DNA from: a plasmid
Sequence record: NZ_CP044080.1
Direction: 5' to 3' (one strand)
Length of the DNA stretch: 64,000 nt
Shown here: positions 39,725-54,195 of the stretch, piece by piece
Position numbering within the stretch: position 1 is the first letter of the stretch
Layout: the number at the start of each line of letters is the position of its first letter
Notes under the pieces: model-generated
Told to the model about the DNA's origin: nothing
Database searches by the model: none
The model's input: the letters and a program-made list of their open reading frames with translations, nothing else
Position numbers and translations under genes: made by a program

Positions 39725-40621
39725 ATGAGCTATCTTCACTCCATGGCCTGCGACACGCAGGGGATCAGACCCACGGTGCCCGTGCAATGGCGGGGGCTCG
39801 ACGGGCTGGTCGGCGTCTACTGGCAGGCCGAGGGGCGGGCCGGCGCCAGCGGCTACTACCTGTCGCCGGACCCGCGGATCGTCTTTTTCCTGAACGACGT
39901 GTCGGGCCATATCCGCGTCTCGAACCAGGACGATCCGGCGGCGGGCGGGCGTCCGATGGTGCGGGCGCTTTATGTCCCGGCCGGCGTGCCGATGTGGACG
40001 CGGTTTTCCGCCAACCATGCGTTCGCGCATCTGGACCTGCATGTGCACCGCGACCGGCTGCTGCGCTTTCTGGCGCCGTCGCTCGGCCGGTCGCAGGCGC
40101 TCACCGCCCTGCGCCGCCCCGTCGAGATGCAGGACGCCCCCGCGCTCGACACCCTGGCGCGCCTGCTGATCGACGAGATCGCCTCGCCCACGCGCCACGG
40201 CGTCTATGCCGAGAACCTGGTCGGCAGCGTCTTCGGTTATCTGCTGCAGGCGAGCGGGCCCGCGCAGGACCCCGCGCCGGGGCTGACCGCCGCCCAACTG
40301 GCCGCGCTCGAAGCCCGACTGGCAGAGCGGCCTGACCACCGGATGAGCGTGGCCGAGATGGCGGACTGCCTGGGCCTGTCGGAAAGCTGGTTCGCGCATC
40401 GCTTCAAGGCGGCGACAGGCACCACGCCGCTGCAATGGCAGCTGTCCCGCCGGGTCGAGCGCGCGCAGCACCTGCTGCTGCACTCCGACCTGCGGCTGGC
40501 CGATATCGCGGGGCAGCTGGGCTTTGCCGACCAGGCGCATCTGACCCGGGTGTTCCGGCAGACCTGCGGCGCACCGCCCGCCGCCTGGCTGCGCCAGAAC
40601 CGCCAGCCCCGGCCCTGCTAG
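39725..40621 (+). CDS. AraC-family transcriptional regulator (siderophore-responsive type)
   Basis: The C-terminal AraC HTH is MSVAEMADCLGLSESWFAHRFKAATGTTPLQWQLSRRVERAQHLL...LADIAGQLGFADQAHLTRVFRQ. It lies upstream of a TonB-dependent receptor. Confidence 0.75.
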   Translation: MSYLHSMACDTQGIRPTVPVQWRGLDGLVGVYWQAEGRAGASGYYLSPDPRIVFFLNDVSGHIRVSNQDDPAAGGRPMVRALYVPAGVPMWTRFSANHAFAHLDLHVHRDRLLRFLAPSLGRSQALTALRRPVEMQDAPALDTLARLLIDEIASPTRHGVYAENLVGSVFGYLLQASGPAQDPAPGLTAAQLAALEARLAERPDHRMSVAEMADCLGLSESWFAHRFKAATGTTPLQWQLSRRVERAQHLLLHSDLRLADIAGQLGFADQAHLTRVFRQTCGAPPAAWLRQNRQPRPC

Positions 40622-40818
40622 GCAGCCGTTGCCGAAAAGTCACAGGCTCTGCCGGTCATGGCAGGGCCGGACAGCTTTCGACAAGAACCGTGGAATCCTT
40701 CAAGACAGCGGCCCCCGCCACCCCGTAACCGCGCGGCTACGACACCGATCCAGCCAGGGCCTCCCGACCGCCGACGCCAGCCAGATCTCCGCGATAGTCC
40801 ATACCACAGGAGCGCCTT

Positions 40819-42954
40819 ATGGCTGAGCATCGACCCGGTTTCGGCCGGACCCCATCCCTGTCCCATCGTGCCGCCCGGTCCCTGCTCTGGTCGGGAACCG
40901 CGATCCTTCTGGCCAGCAGCGCGCTGGCGCAGGACAGCACGGACAGCGAAACCGACCAGCCGATCCGGCTGTCCCCCGTCATCCTGCAGGCCGGCGCATC
41001 GGTCGACGACGACGCTAATGCGATCGTCGCGCGCGAGCTTTGGGTCGGCGGCAAGGTCGCGACCAGCATCCTCGACACGCCCGCCTCGGTCTCGGTCATC
41101 ACCGCCAAGGAAATCGAGGTCCGCAATGCCCAGACCGTCGAGGAGGTGCTGCAATATTCCGCCGGCACGGTGACGGACTATTACGGCAGCGACGACCGCA
41201 ACGATTACTACCTGGTCCGCGGCTATCAGGCGACGACCTACCGCGACGGGCTGACGCTCGGCTCGATGCGCGGTGTGCGCGAAGAACCCTTCGCCTACGA
41301 GCGGGTCGAACTGCTGCGCGGCGCGAATTCGACGCTGTTCGGCATGGCCGATCCCGGCGGCTCGGTCAACTTCGTGACCAAGACCCCGCGCCCCGAGCGG
41401 TTCGGCGAGGTGCAGCTGACCTACGGCTCCTTCGACCATAAGGCGGCGGCGGTCGATTTCGGCGACCTGCTGAACCCCGAAGGGACGCTGGCCTATCGCT
41501 TCACCGCCAAGGTGCAGAAAAGCGATCTGGAATACGACTATTCCCGCGACGACGAGACCTTCCTGATGGCCGGCCTGGGCTGGGAGATCACGCCCGACAC
41601 CAAGCTGAATGTCGTGCTGGACTATCTCAAGCGCGACGGCACGCCGAACAGTGGCGGCTATCCGCTGGACCGCGAATACGACCGCGGCGATTTCTTTGGC
41701 GAGCCCGACTTCAACGACCACGATGTCGAACGCAAAAGCATCACCGCCATGCTGTCGCATGACTTCGGCAACGGGCTGAGCCTTCAGGGCAATCTGCGCT
41801 ACAGCGACCTGAGCGACGATTTCGGCTATGTCTACCTTTTCGACTATGCCGGCCGGCCCGGCACGACGCTCTCGCGCTATTACTACGGCCAGGATTCCAG
41901 CGGCCACGAACTGATCGGCAACGCGATCCTGAAATACGACGCCAGCTTCGCGCGCTTCGACAGCAGCACGCTGGCCGGGGTCGAGTTCCGCGATGCCGCG
42001 ACGGACCAGACCAGCTATTACGGCCCGGCCTCCTCCATCGACATCGCTGATCCGGTGTTCTCCGGCGCGCCCTCGGCGCTGACCGTCTACAGCGAAGCCA
42101 AGAACGACTATCGCGCCAAATCGGCCTTCCTCACCCAGAACCTGTCCTTCGACGACCGCTTCATCGCCACCGTCGGCCTGCGGCACGACTGGCTGGATCT
42201 GTCCAGCAGAGGCCAGTCCTCCGGGGCTGCCTTCGACGACAGCGACGACTTCTCGGAAACCTCGTGGCGCGGCGCGCTGACCTACAAGGTCACGCCCGAG
42301 ATCTCGACCTATGTCAGCTATGTCGAATCGGTGGCGCCGCCCGCGATCGGTGTCGAGCCCGAGCGCGGCGAGCAATACGAGATCGGCGTGAAATACGAAC
42401 CGGCCGGAACCGATGCGCTGATCTCGGCCTCGGTCTATGACCTCAAGCAGGAAAACATCACCGTGGCCGAGGTCCAGGACGATGGCAACATCATCCGCCG
42501 CACGGTCGGCAAGACCCGCGTGCGCGGTTTCGACATCGAGGGCAAGGCGCAGCTTGATGACAACCTCAGCCTGCTGGCCTCGTATTCCTACATGGATTCG
42601 GAATATGTGAACGACCCGAACTACAAGGGCCGCCAGTTCGCCTCGGTCCCGAACCACCTGGCCTCGGTCTGGGTCAATTACACCGTGCCGGGCAGCGGCG
42701 CGCGGGGCGACATGACCCTGGGCTTGGGCGCGCGCTATGTCGGCTCGTATTACTTCAACGGCGCCAACACCGGCGGCAAAAGCGAGGCGGCGACGCTGCT
42801 GGACCTGGCCTTCAGCTATCAGGTGCAGGAAAACACCGACCTGACGCTGCATGTCGCCAACCTCCTGGACGAACAGCATGTCGTCGGCACCGGCACGGCC
42901 GATTACTACAACCCCGGCCGCAGCGTGCAGGCCACCCTGATCCGCCGCTGGTAA
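40819..42954 (+). CDS. TonB-dependent siderophore receptor
   Basis: ATG at 40819 with an AGGAG RBS. Signal peptide, plug domain, and a C-terminal beta-barrel ending ...RSVQATLIRRW, an aromatic terminus. Confidence 0.85.
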   Translation: MAEHRPGFGRTPSLSHRAARSLLWSGTAILLASSALAQDSTDSETDQPIRLSPVILQAGASVDDDANAIVARELWVGGKVATSILDTPASVSVITAKEIEVRNAQTVEEVLQYSAGTVTDYYGSDDRNDYYLVRGYQATTYRDGLTLGSMRGVREEPFAYERVELLRGANSTLFGMADPGGSVNFVTKTPRPERFGEVQLTYGSFDHKAAAVDFGDLLNPEGTLAYRFTAKVQKSDLEYDYSRDDETFLMAGLGWEITPDTKLNVVLDYLKRDGTPNSGGYPLDREYDRGDFFGEPDFNDHDVERKSITAMLSHDFGNGLSLQGNLRYSDLSDDFGYVYLFDYAGRPGTTLSRYYYGQDSSGHELIGNAILKYDASFARFDSSTLAGVEFRDAATDQTSYYGPASSIDIADPVFSGAPSALTVYSEAKNDYRAKSAFLTQNLSFDDRFIATVGLRHDWLDLSSRGQSSGAAFDDSDDFSETSWRGALTYKVTPEISTYVSYVESVAPPAIGVEPERGEQYEIGVKYEPAGTDALISASVYDLKQENITVAEVQDDGNIIRRTVGKTRVRGFDIEGKAQLDDNLSLLASYSYMDSEYVNDPNYKGRQFASVPNHLASVWVNYTVPGSGARGDMTLGLGARYVGSYYFNGANTGGKSEAATLLDLAFSYQVQENTDLTLHVANLLDEQHVVGTGTADYYNPGRSVQATLIRRW

Positions 42955-43086
42955 CGACCGCCTGCGGGCTGCCGTTCCGACGGTGGCCCGTGTGCTGTCC
43001 GGGCGGCCCAATCCGTTCCAGACCGTCCCGCCTTGCCTTGACCTGCGCGGGACGGCATGAAGCCCGCCATCCCCGAAGGAGCGCGC

Positions 43087-44091
43087 ATGACACCCCGAGA
43101 CCGTATCCGCCTGCCGCTGGTCCTGGCCCTTGGCGCCATTCTGGCCCCGCTCGCGGGCCATGCCCAGACCGCGCCCGAGACGTCCTTTCCCGTCACCGTC
43201 CGCCACGCCCTGGGCACGACCACCATCCCGGCCAGGCCGCAGCGCATCGCCACCGTCGCTTGGGCCAACCAGGAGGTGCCGCTGGCCCTGGGCATCGTGC
43301 CCGTGGGCATGGCACGCGCGAATTTCGGCGATGACGACGGCGACGGGGTGCTGCCCTGGGTCGCGGCCCGGCTCAAGGAGCTGGGGGCCGAGACCCCGGT
43401 GCTGTTCGACGAGGGCGACGGCATCGACTTCGAGGCGGTGGCCGCCACCCGCCCGGACGTGATCCTGGCCGCCCATTCCGGGCTGACCCGGGCCGATTAC
43501 GAAACGCTCAGCCAGATCGCGCCGGTGGTGGCCTATCCCGACCAGCCCTGGACGACCGGATGGCGCGACATGATCCGGCTGGACAGCGCCGGCATGGGCA
43601 TGGCGGCCGAGGGCGAGGCGCTGATCCGCCGGCTCGAGGGGCAGATCGCCGACACCGTCGCCCGCCGTCCCGGCCTTGCCGGCAAGTCGGCGATGTTCGT
43701 CACGCATCTGGACACCACGAACCTCAGCCTCGTCAGCTTCTACACCACGCATGACACGCGGGTGCAGTTCTTTCACGACCTGGGCCTGACCTCGCCCAGC
43801 AGCGTGGTCGAGGCATCGGCCGACGGGCTTTACGCCGGCCAGATCAGCGCCGAGCGCATCGACGCCTTCGAGGACGTGGACATCGTCGTGACCTATGGCG
43901 GGCGCGCCCTGTTCGACGCCGTCAAGGCCGATCCCCTGCTGTCGCACATGCCGGCCGTGGCGCGCGACGCGCTGGTGCTTCTGGGCAACGACCCGGTCGG
44001 CACGGCGGCCAGCCCGACGCCGCTGTCGATCCCCTGGGTGCTGGACGATTACGTCGCCCGGCTGGCCGAAGCGGCCGCCCGAACCGAATGA
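43087..44091 (+). CDS. Iron-siderophore ABC transporter substrate-binding protein (FecB/FhuD-like)
   Basis: ATG at 43087 with GAAGGAG 6 nt upstream. An alternative ATG is at 43057. Signal peptide MTPRDRIRLPLVLALGAILAPLAGHAQ. Confidence 0.8.
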   Translation: MTPRDRIRLPLVLALGAILAPLAGHAQTAPETSFPVTVRHALGTTTIPARPQRIATVAWANQEVPLALGIVPVGMARANFGDDDGDGVLPWVAARLKELGAETPVLFDEGDGIDFEAVAATRPDVILAAHSGLTRADYETLSQIAPVVAYPDQPWTTGWRDMIRLDSAGMGMAAEGEALIRRLEGQIADTVARRPGLAGKSAMFVTHLDTTNLSLVSFYTTHDTRVQFFHDLGLTSPSSVVEASADGLYAGQISAERIDAFEDVDIVVTYGGRALFDAVKADPLLSHMPAVARDALVLLGNDPVGTAASPTPLSIPWVLDDYVARLAEAAARTE

Positions 44092-45095
44092 CCGGGCCCG
44101 CCGCCCTGCCCCGCCGGGGGCTGGCGCTGCTGGCGCTGGCGCTGGCGGTCGTGGCGCTTTGCGCGCTGTCGGTCGCCGTCGGCACCCGCAGCGTCCCCTG
44201 GTCCGAGATCCTGGGCGCCCTGTCCGGCCGCACGGATACGATCGGAGAGGCCGCCGTCGCCGCCCGCCTGCCCCGCACCGCGCTGGCGCTGCTGGCCGGG
44301 GCGGCGCTGGGGATGGCGGGGGCGCTGTTGCAGGGCATCACCCGCAACCCGCTGGCGGACCCCGGCATCCTTGGGATCAACATGGGCGCCGCGCTGGCCG
44401 TGGTGGTGGGCGTGGCGTGGTTTTCCATGACCTCGGCCCTGGCCTATATCGGGGCGGCGGTGCTGGGCGCCGGGCTGACGGCGGTCTTTGTCCAGGTCAT
44501 CGGCTCGCTCGGACGCGGCGGGGCGACGCCGCTCAAGCTCGCGCTTGCGGGGGCCGCGACCTCGGTCGCCTTCTCGTCCCTGGTGATCGCGGTCGTGCTG
44601 CCGCGCAACGACATCGCCGGCGGCATCCAGTCCTGGCAGATCGGCGGCGTCGGCGGGGCGACATTCGCCCGCATCCTGCCGGTGCTGCCCATGCTGGCGG
44701 CGGGCCTGGCCATCGGCCTGATCTGGGCGCGGCGGCTGAACGCGCTGGCTCTGGGGGACGAGCTGGCGGCGGGCCTGGGCGAAAACGTCCTGCGCACGCG
44801 GCTGGTGGCGGGCCTTGCGGCGGTGCTGCTGGCGGGGGCCGCCACGGCCGTCTGCGGGCCCATCGGCTTTGTCGGCCTGGTCGTGCCGCACCTCTGCCGG
44901 CTGCTGGTCGGGACCGACCACCGCTGGCTTCTGCCCTTCTCGGCGCTGGCCGGGGCGGCGCTGCTGCTGGTCTCGGACGTCGCCGGCCGCCTCGTCGCCC
45001 GGCCCGGAGAGCTGGACGTGGGCATCGTCACCGCCTTTGTCGGCGCGCCCTTCTTCATCTGGATCGTCCGCCGGCAAAGGCTGCGCGAGCTATGA
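44088..45095 (+). CDS. Iron-chelate ABC transporter permease (FecCD family)
   Basis: ATG at 44088 overlaps the SBP stop as ATGA. Hydrophobic FecCD-type permease. Confidence 0.8.
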   Translation: MTGPAALPRRGLALLALALAVVALCALSVAVGTRSVPWSEILGALSGRTDTIGEAAVAARLPRTALALLAGAALGMAGALLQGITRNPLADPGILGINMGAALAVVVGVAWFSMTSALAYIGAAVLGAGLTAVFVQVIGSLGRGGATPLKLALAGAATSVAFSSLVIAVVLPRNDIAGGIQSWQIGGVGGATFARILPVLPMLAAGLAIGLIWARRLNALALGDELAAGLGENVLRTRLVAGLAAVLLAGAATAVCGPIGFVGLVVPHLCRLLVGTDHRWLLPFSALAGAALLLVSDVAGRLVARPGELDVGIVTAFVGAPFFIWIVRRQRLREL

Positions 45096-46118
45096 CCGCG
45101 ACTCTCGACACCGTCCGCGCGGCCCGCAGCCTGCGCCACCGCCGCCGCTCGCGCGGGCTGGCGGTCATGGCGGGGCTGATCCTCGCGGGCCTTGCCCTGA
45201 CGCTGAGCCTTGGCCAAAGCCTGACGCCCCCCGGCGACGTCTTGCGCGTGCTGATGGGCCAGGACGTGCCCGGCGCCAGCTTCACCGTGGGCCAGCTGCG
45301 GCTGCCGCGCGCGGTGCTGTCGATCCTGGCCGGGCTCTGCTTCGGCATGGGGGGCGCCGCGTTCCAGGTCATGCTGCGCAACCCGCTGGCCAGTCCCGAC
45401 ATCATCGGCATCACCTGGGGCGCCAGCGCCGCGGCGGTGCTGGCCATCGTCGTTCTGGGCATGACCGGACCGGGCGTCGCCGTGTTGGCGGTCGCGGCGG
45501 GCCTGGGCGTCGCGCTGGCGATCTATGGCCTGGCCTGGCGGGGCGGCGTCGCCGGCACCCGGCTGATCCTGATCGGCATCGGCACCGCCGCCATGCTGCA
45601 GAGCGTCGTCGCCTATGCCCTGGCCCGCGCGCCCGCCTGGGACCTGCAACAGGCCATGCGCTGGCTGACCGGCAGCGTCAACGGCGCGCAACTGTCCCAG
45701 GCCGCGCCGCTGGCGCTGACGCTTGCGCTGGCCGGGGGGGTGCTTCTGGCGCGCGCCCGCGACCTGGAAACGCTGCGCATGGGCGACGACACCGCCGCCG
45801 CGCTTGGCGTGCGGGTCGGGGCGACGCGCGTCGCCGTCACCCTGGCGGCGGTCGGGCTGATCGCCGTCGCCACCGCCTTCACCGGGCCCATCGCCTTCGT
45901 CGCCTTCCTGTCGGGCCCCATCGCGGCGCGGGTCATGGGCCGGACCGGCTCGATCCTGCTGCCGGCAGGGCTGGTCGGCGCGCTGCTGGTGCTGGCGGGC
46001 GACTATTGCGGCCAGTTTCTGATGCCCGGCCGCTATCCGGTCGGCGTCGTCACCGGGGCGCTGGGGGCGCCCTATCTGATCTATCTCATCATCCGGGTGA
46101 ACCGGAGCGGAGGCTCGT

Positions 46119-46123
<5 letters not shown>
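45092..46123 (+). CDS. Iron-chelate ABC transporter permease (FecCD family), second copy
   Basis: ATG at 45092 overlaps the preceding stop as ATGA. MTATLDTVRAARSL... hydrophobic permease. Confidence 0.8.
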
Positions 46124-48964
<2,841 letters not shown>

Positions 48965-49021
48965 GGGAAACCTTGTGGGAATGGGACGCCGGGGACCGCT
49001 GCGGCCCCCGGCGCGCAGGCG

Positions 49022-49960
49022 TCAGTCGTAAAGCACCGCGGCGATCTCGGGGCTGTCGATGTTGGTCTTGTCGTACCAGAAAAAGCCGGTGTCGATGGAC
49101 TTCGGGACCGTCTCGCCCTTGGCGGCGGCGACGGCGGCCTTGACCGTCTCATAGCCGATCCCGACCGGGTTCTGGGTGATCGCGCCCGCCATGGTCCCGT
49201 CGCGGATCGCGGCCTTTTGCGCCGCGCCCGAGTCGTAGCCGATGACCACGACCTTGGACCCCATCTCGCGCACCCCGTTCAGCACGCCGATGGCCGAGCC
49301 CTCGTTCGCGCCGAAGATGCCCTTGATGTCGGGGTTCGCGGCCAGGATCGCCTTGGTGATCTCGGTCGATTTCAGCTGGTCGCCGTCGCCGTATTCGGTC
49401 GCGACGATCTGGATGTCGGGGTATGTCTCGGCGATGCGGTTCACGAAGCCGTCGCGCCGGTCGATCCCGGTGCGCGAGGTCTGGGAATGCACCACCAGCG
49501 CGATCTTGCCCGACCCGCCGATCAGTTCGGCCATCTTGTCGGCGGCAAGGGCCGAGGCGGCCAAGTTGTCCGTCGCCGCCGTCGCCACCGGAATGTCGCT
49601 GTCGACGCCCGAGTCGAAGGCGATGACCGGGATCTTGGCGTCCTGCGCCTGGCGCAGCAGCGGGATCGCGGCCTGGCTGTCCAGCGCGGCAAAGCCGATG
49701 GCGGCGGGCTTGTTGGCCAGGGCGGCGGCCAGCATGTCCATCTGCTTGTCGACCTGGGTTTCGTTGTCCGGCCCCTCGAAGGTGACGGTCACGCCCAGTT
49801 CCGCCCCGGCCTTGTCGGCGCCGACCTTGACCGCCTGCCAGAACTGGTGCTGGAACCCTTTCGAGATCAGCGGGATCAGCATCTTGTCCTGCGCCATCCC
49901 GGCGGTGGCGCTCAGCGCCAGCGCGGCGGCCGCGCCCATCAGCATGCGTCTTGTGAACAT
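49022..49960 (-). CDS. Sugar ABC transporter periplasmic substrate-binding protein
   Basis: ATG at 49960 with a GGGAGGAAA RBS. Signal peptide MFTRRMLMGAAAALALSATAGMA. PBP type I fold. Confidence 0.75.
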   Translation of the reverse strand: MFTRRMLMGAAAALALSATAGMAQDKMLIPLISKGFQHQFWQAVKVGADKAGAELGVTVTFEGPDNETQVDKQMDMLAAALANKPAAIGFAALDSQAAIPLLRQAQDAKIPVIAFDSGVDSDIPVATAATDNLAASALAADKMAELIGGSGKIALVVHSQTSRTGIDRRDGFVNRIAETYPDIQIVATEYGDGDQLKSTEITKAILAANPDIKGIFGANEGSAIGVLNGVREMGSKVVVIGYDSGAAQKAAIRDGTMAGAITQNPVGIGYETVKAAVAAAKGETVPKSIDTGFFWYDKTNIDSPEIAAVLYD

Positions 49961-49991
49961 CGGTTTCCTCCCTTGGTGTTCGGTTTCTTGG

Positions 49992-50990
49992 TCAGCCCGC
50001 CCTCCCCCGGCGCAGCTGGTCGGCATAGACGGCGACGATGATGATCGCGCCGGTCACGACGGTCTGCCATTCCGGCGCGACCGACAGAACGCGCAGCCCG
50101 TTGGTCAGGACCGCCATGATCAGCGCGCCGATCAGCGTGCCCAGGATGGTGCCGCGCCCGCCCGCAAGGCTGGTGCCGCCGATCACCACCGCGGCGATCG
50201 CCTCAAGCTCGTATCCCAGCCCCAGCGCGGGCTGGGCCGAGTTCAGCCGGCTGGCGATCAGCAGGCCGCCGATGCCGACGATGCCGCCCGACAGCGCATA
50301 GATCGCCACCTTCCAGCGGTCGGTATCGACGCCCGACAGGCGCACGGCCTCCTCGTTCGATCCGAGCGCAAAGGTATAGCGCCCCAGCACCGTGCGCCCC
50401 AGGATCCAGGCGACCGCGCCCGCGACCAGGAACAGGATCAGGACGCCGTTCGGCACCGGGAATGCCGGGACCAGCGCGCCGATGACCGAGCCTTGGGCGA
50501 TCTGCGTGAACCCCGGCGTGTCGTTGAAATAGATGGGCTTCGTGCCGGTCACGATCAGCGACAGCCCCTTCAGCATCAGCATCATCCCCAGCGTGGCGAT
50601 GAACGGCGGGATCTTCATCTTGGCCACGAACGTCCCCGAGATCAGCCCGCAACACGCCCCCGTGGCGATGGCGGCGACGATCCCCAGGGGCAGCGGCATG
50701 CCGCCCCAGGTCAGCACCACCCCGGCCATGACCGCGCAGAAGGTCATCAGCGTGCCGATGGACAGATCAATGCCTCCGGTGATGATGATCAGCGTCACGG
50801 CCACCGCCAGCACCCCGTTGACCGAGGCGGCCTGCAGGATCGCCATGATGTTTGTCATCTGAAAGAAGTTCGGGCTGGCCAGCGAAAAGCCCGCGACCAG
50901 CACGATCAGGCTGGCGAAGGCCAGGATCTTTTGCTGCGCCGCGCCGCGCCGGGCCTGCCGCGCGTCCATGGTTCCCTCGCCTGCGCTCAT
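49992..50990 (-). CDS. Sugar ABC transporter permease
   Basis: ATG at 50990 overlaps the ATPase stop as ATGA. Ribose-type permease. Confidence 0.8.
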   Translation of the reverse strand: MSAGEGTMDARQARRGAAQQKILAFASLIVLVAGFSLASPNFFQMTNIMAILQAASVNGVLAVAVTLIIITGGIDLSIGTLMTFCAVMAGVVLTWGGMPLPLGIVAAIATGACCGLISGTFVAKMKIPPFIATLGMMLMLKGLSLIVTGTKPIYFNDTPGFTQIAQGSVIGALVPAFPVPNGVLILFLVAGAVAWILGRTVLGRYTFALGSNEEAVRLSGVDTDRWKVAIYALSGGIVGIGGLLIASRLNSAQPALGLGYELEAIAAVVIGGTSLAGGRGTILGTLIGALIMAVLTNGLRVLSVAPEWQTVVTGAIIIVAVYADQLRRGRAG

Positions 50991-52492
50991 TCGACGACCA
51001 TCCCTTCGCGTTGTGTGGCCAGCGCCATGATCCGTTCCTGGCTGGCGCCGCCCGGCAGGATGCCGGTCAGCCGCCCCTCGCACATGACGGCGATGCGGTG
51101 CGACAGCCGCAGGATCTCCGGCAACTCGCTGGAAATCACGATGATCGCCTTGCCCGCCGCCGCCAGATCGTTCAGCAGCCGGTAGATTTCCGATTTCGCG
51201 CCCACGTCGATGCCGCGCGTGGGCTCGTCAAAGATCAGGATGTCGCAATCGCGCAGCAGCCATTTCGCGATCACCACCTTCTGCTGGTTGCCCCCCGACA
51301 GCAGCCGCACCGGCTGGCGGTCGTGCGGCGTGCGGATGCGCAGCCGCGCGATATAGTCCCGCGCGATCCCGGCCAGCGCGCGTTCGTCGATCCGCCCGAG
51401 GGCGTCGGCGTGGCGGCCCAGGCTTGCCAGCGCGATATTGTCGCGCACGTCCATCCCCAGCGCCAGGCCATAGTGCTTGCGATCCTCGGACAGATAGCCG
51501 ATGCCGGCGCGCACGGCATCAGAGGGGCTGCGGATCAGGGCGGGCTTGCCATGCACCAGAACCTCGCCCGCCTCGGCGGGTTCGGCCCCAAAGATGGCGC
51601 GGGCGGTCTCGGTGCGGCCCGCCCCCATCAGCCCGGCAAAGCCTAGGATCTCGCCCTTTTTCAGCGAAAAGCTGACGCCCCGCACCTCGCGCCCGCGCGT
51701 CAGGTTCCGCACCTCCAGCGCGACCGGGGCCGCGCTCAGATCGGGGATGCTGACGGTTTCCTCGCCGATCTCGCGGCCGACCATCATGGCGATGATGCGC
51801 GCCATGGGGGTGTCCGCCGCCTCGACCGTGCCGACATGGGCGCCGTCGCGCATGACGGTGATGCGGTCGGCGATGCGCTTGATCTCGTCCATCTTGTGGC
51901 TGATGTAGACGATGCCCACGCCCTCGGCCCGAAGCTGGCGGATGATGGTGAACAGTTCCGCGATCTCGGCCTCGGTCAGGGCGGCGGTCGGCTCGTCCAT
52001 GATCAGGACGCGGGACCGGTGCGACAGCGCCTTGGCGATCTCGACCATCTGCTGACGGGCGATGGTCAGCCCGCCCACGGCGCCGCGCGGGTCGATGCCC
52101 AGGTTCATGCGCCGGAACAGGGCGGCGGTGTCGGCGTTCTGGCGCGCCTCGTCGATGCGGCCCCAGGACAGGCGCGGCTCGCGCCCGATCCAGATGTTCT
52201 GCGCCACGGTCAGGTCGCGCATCAGGGCCAGTTCCTGATGGATGATGCCGATGCCCAGATCCTGCGCTGCCTTGGGCGAGGGCACGCCGACCTCGGCCCC
52301 GTCGATCAGGATGCGCCCGCCGTCGGGCTGATAGACCCCCGACAGGATCTTCATCAGCGTGGACTTGCCGGCGCCGTTCTCGCCCATCAGGGCATGGACC
52401 TCTCCGGCGCGCAGGTCGAAGCCCACGGATTTCAGCGCATGGACGCCGGGGAAGCGCTTCTCGATCGCCTCCATCCGCACCAGTTCGGTCAT
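50987..52492 (-). CDS. Sugar ABC transporter ATP-binding protein (tandem nucleotide-binding domains)
   Basis: ATG at 52492 ([14 protein letters not shown]...GENGAGKST...). It overlaps the upstream amidohydrolase stop as ATGA. Confidence 0.85.
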   Translation of the reverse strand: MTELVRMEAIEKRFPGVHALKSVGFDLRAGEVHALMGENGAGKSTLMKILSGVYQPDGGRILIDGAEVGVPSPKAAQDLGIGIIHQELALMRDLTVAQNIWIGREPRLSWGRIDEARQNADTAALFRRMNLGIDPRGAVGGLTIARQQMVEIAKALSHRSRVLIMDEPTAALTEAEIAELFTIIRQLRAEGVGIVYISHKMDEIKRIADRITVMRDGAHVGTVEAADTPMARIIAMMVGREIGEETVSIPDLSAAPVALEVRNLTRGREVRGVSFSLKKGEILGFAGLMGAGRTETARAIFGAEPAEAGEVLVHGKPALIRSPSDAVRAGIGYLSEDRKHYGLALGMDVRDNIALASLGRHADALGRIDERALAGIARDYIARLRIRTPHDRQPVRLLSGGNQQKVVIAKWLLRDCDILIFDEPTRGIDVGAKSEIYRLLNDLAAAGKAIIVISSELPEILRLSHRIAVMCEGRLTGILPGGASQERIMALATQREGMVVE

Positions 52493-53310
52493 GGCGCCAC
52501 CCCATAGACCCGCGCGGCATTGCCGCCGAAGATCGCCGCCCGCTCGGGCGCGGAAAGGCCGGCGGTCAGGTCCTCGGACAGCGCCAGCCAGTCGATCAGC
52601 GGCGCGGCCAGCGTCACCACCGGCCAGTCGCTGCCCCAGATCAGCCGGTCCGAGCCGAACCAGTCCAGCAGGTCCGCAAGGGTGCCTTGCAGCGCCGGCA
52701 GGGGATCGCGCCGCTCCTCGGGCGAAAGCTCGGTCAGCAGGCCCGACAGCTTGCAATGGATGCGGGGGTCGCGCGCCAAGGCGCGCATCCCGGCCCGCCA
52801 GCCGTCGCGCGGCCCGGGCTGGGGCTTCGCGGCATGGTCGATGACGATGGCAAGGTCGGGGTTCGCGCCCGCGAACCGCGCCAGCATCGGCAGGTGGCGT
52901 TCGGTGACCAGCGCGTCGAACACCAGCCCGGCCCCCGCCATCGCAGCCAGCGCCTCGGGCCAGGCCACATTCACCAGCCAGTCGGTGTCGGCAATGTCCT
53001 GCAGCATCGGCCGCAGCCCGCGCAGCAGCGGATCGGCCGCCAGGTCCCGGACCGCATCGGCGGCCCCGGCAGCCGCCAGATCGACCCAGCCCACCACCCC
53101 GCGGATGCTGTCCGACCCGCGCGCCAGGTCCAGCAGAAAGCGCGTCTCGGCCACGCTCGGCGCGGCCTGCACGGCGATCACCGGCCGCCCGCCCGGGTAA
53201 TCGGCCAGGCCGAAATCGCGCCGGATCGGGTCAAGCCCCGGCCCGCCGGTTTCAAGCCAGCCGTAATCCCCGCGCCCGAGGCTCCAGAAATGGCAATGCG
53301 CGTCCAGCAT
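52489..53310 (-). CDS. Amidohydrolase-2 family protein (L-fucono-1,5-lactonase-like)
   Basis: ATG at 53310. MLDAHCHFW... is the metal-binding HxH start typical of amidohydrolase 2 sugar lactonases. Confidence 0.7.
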   Translation of the reverse strand: MLDAHCHFWSLGRGDYGWLETGGPGLDPIRRDFGLADYPGGRPVIAVQAAPSVAETRFLLDLARGSDSIRGVVGWVDLAAAGAADAVRDLAADPLLRGLRPMLQDIADTDWLVNVAWPEALAAMAGAGLVFDALVTERHLPMLARFAGANPDLAIVIDHAAKPQPGPRDGWRAGMRALARDPRIHCKLSGLLTELSPEERRDPLPALQGTLADLLDWFGSDRLIWGSDWPVVTLAAPLIDWLALSEDLTAGLSAPERAAIFGGNAARVYGVAP

Positions 53311-53346
53311 TCACCGCCCCCTCCCCCGGGCCGCGAAACCTTGCGT

Positions 53347-54084
53347 TCAGATCGTTACGCCTCCGTCGACCAGCATGGCCTGGCCGGTGACGAACCGGCT
53401 TTCGTCCGACAGCAGATAGACGACCATCGGCGCGATATCCTCGACCGTGGCCAGCCGCCCCATCGGCTGGCGCGCGATGAAGTCGCGTTCCGCCTGCACC
53501 GGATCGGCGGCCGAGGCGATGCGCCCGCGCAGGCTGGGCGTGTCCACCGTGCCCGGACACAGCGCGTTGCAGCGGATGCCCTGTTTCACGAAATCGGCGG
53601 CGACCGCCTTGGTCAGCCCGATCACGGCGGCCTTGCTGGCGCCATAGGCGGTGCGGTTCACGAAGCCCTTCACCGAACTGGCCATCGACGCCATGTTCAG
53701 GACCGAGGCGGCGCCCGTGTCCCCCGCCCGCGCGATCATGCCGGGCAGGAAGGCGCGGATCATGCGCATCATCGCCGTCACGTTCAGGTCGAAGGCAAAG
53801 GCCCAGTCCTCGTCCCGGATGTCCAGCACCGTGCCGCCGTGCACGACGCCGGCGCAGTTGAACAGCCCGTCCAGCGGACCCAGCGTCTCGGCCAGGTCGG
53901 CGATGGCAAGCGGATCGGTCACGTCCAGCCCGTGCAGGACCATGCCCGAAAGCCCCGCCAGCAGCTCGGGGTCGCGGTCGGTCGCGATGACCTCGGCCCC
54001 CTCGGCGGCGCAGGCCAGGGCCGAGGCGCGGCCGATGCCCTGCCCGGCCGCGGTGATCAGGATACGCTTGCCGCGAAGCCGCAT
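53347..54084 (-). CDS. SDR-family oxidoreductase (2-keto-3-deoxy-L-fuconate dehydrogenase-like)
   Basis: ATG at 54084. ILITAAGQGIGRA... with the Y..K catalytic pair. Confidence 0.7.
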   Translation of the reverse strand: MRLRGKRILITAAGQGIGRASALACAAEGAEVIATDRDPELLAGLSGMVLHGLDVTDPLAIADLAETLGPLDGLFNCAGVVHGGTVLDIRDEDWAFAFDLNVTAMMRMIRAFLPGMIARAGDTGAASVLNMASMASSVKGFVNRTAYGASKAAVIGLTKAVAADFVKQGIRCNALCPGTVDTPSLRGRIASAADPVQAERDFIARQPMGRLATVEDIAPMVVYLLSDESRFVTGQAMLVDGGVTI

Positions 54085-54195
54085 CAGAAGCCCCCTCTCA
54101 TTCCGTTGCAGTTTCTATATGAACAGGCTATCCATATATGAACCCAGGACGCAACAGTTTTCTGCGCTGCCGCCGGGCAGGCGAAAGGACCAGGC

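Noticed and set aside
38654-40540. 628-aa minus-strand ORF
   Set aside because: It is antisense to the LysR and AraC genes, and its composition is R/G/Q-rich.
42955-43056. A possible intrinsic terminator after the TonB-dependent receptor gene
   Set aside because: Only a weak GC-rich partial palindrome (GCCCGTGTGCTGTCCGGGCGGCC) is present, without a T-tract, and I could not support it.
40618-43947. 1109-aa minus-strand ORF
   Set aside because: It is antisense to the TonB-dependent receptor and the siderophore-binding protein. This is a shadow ORF.
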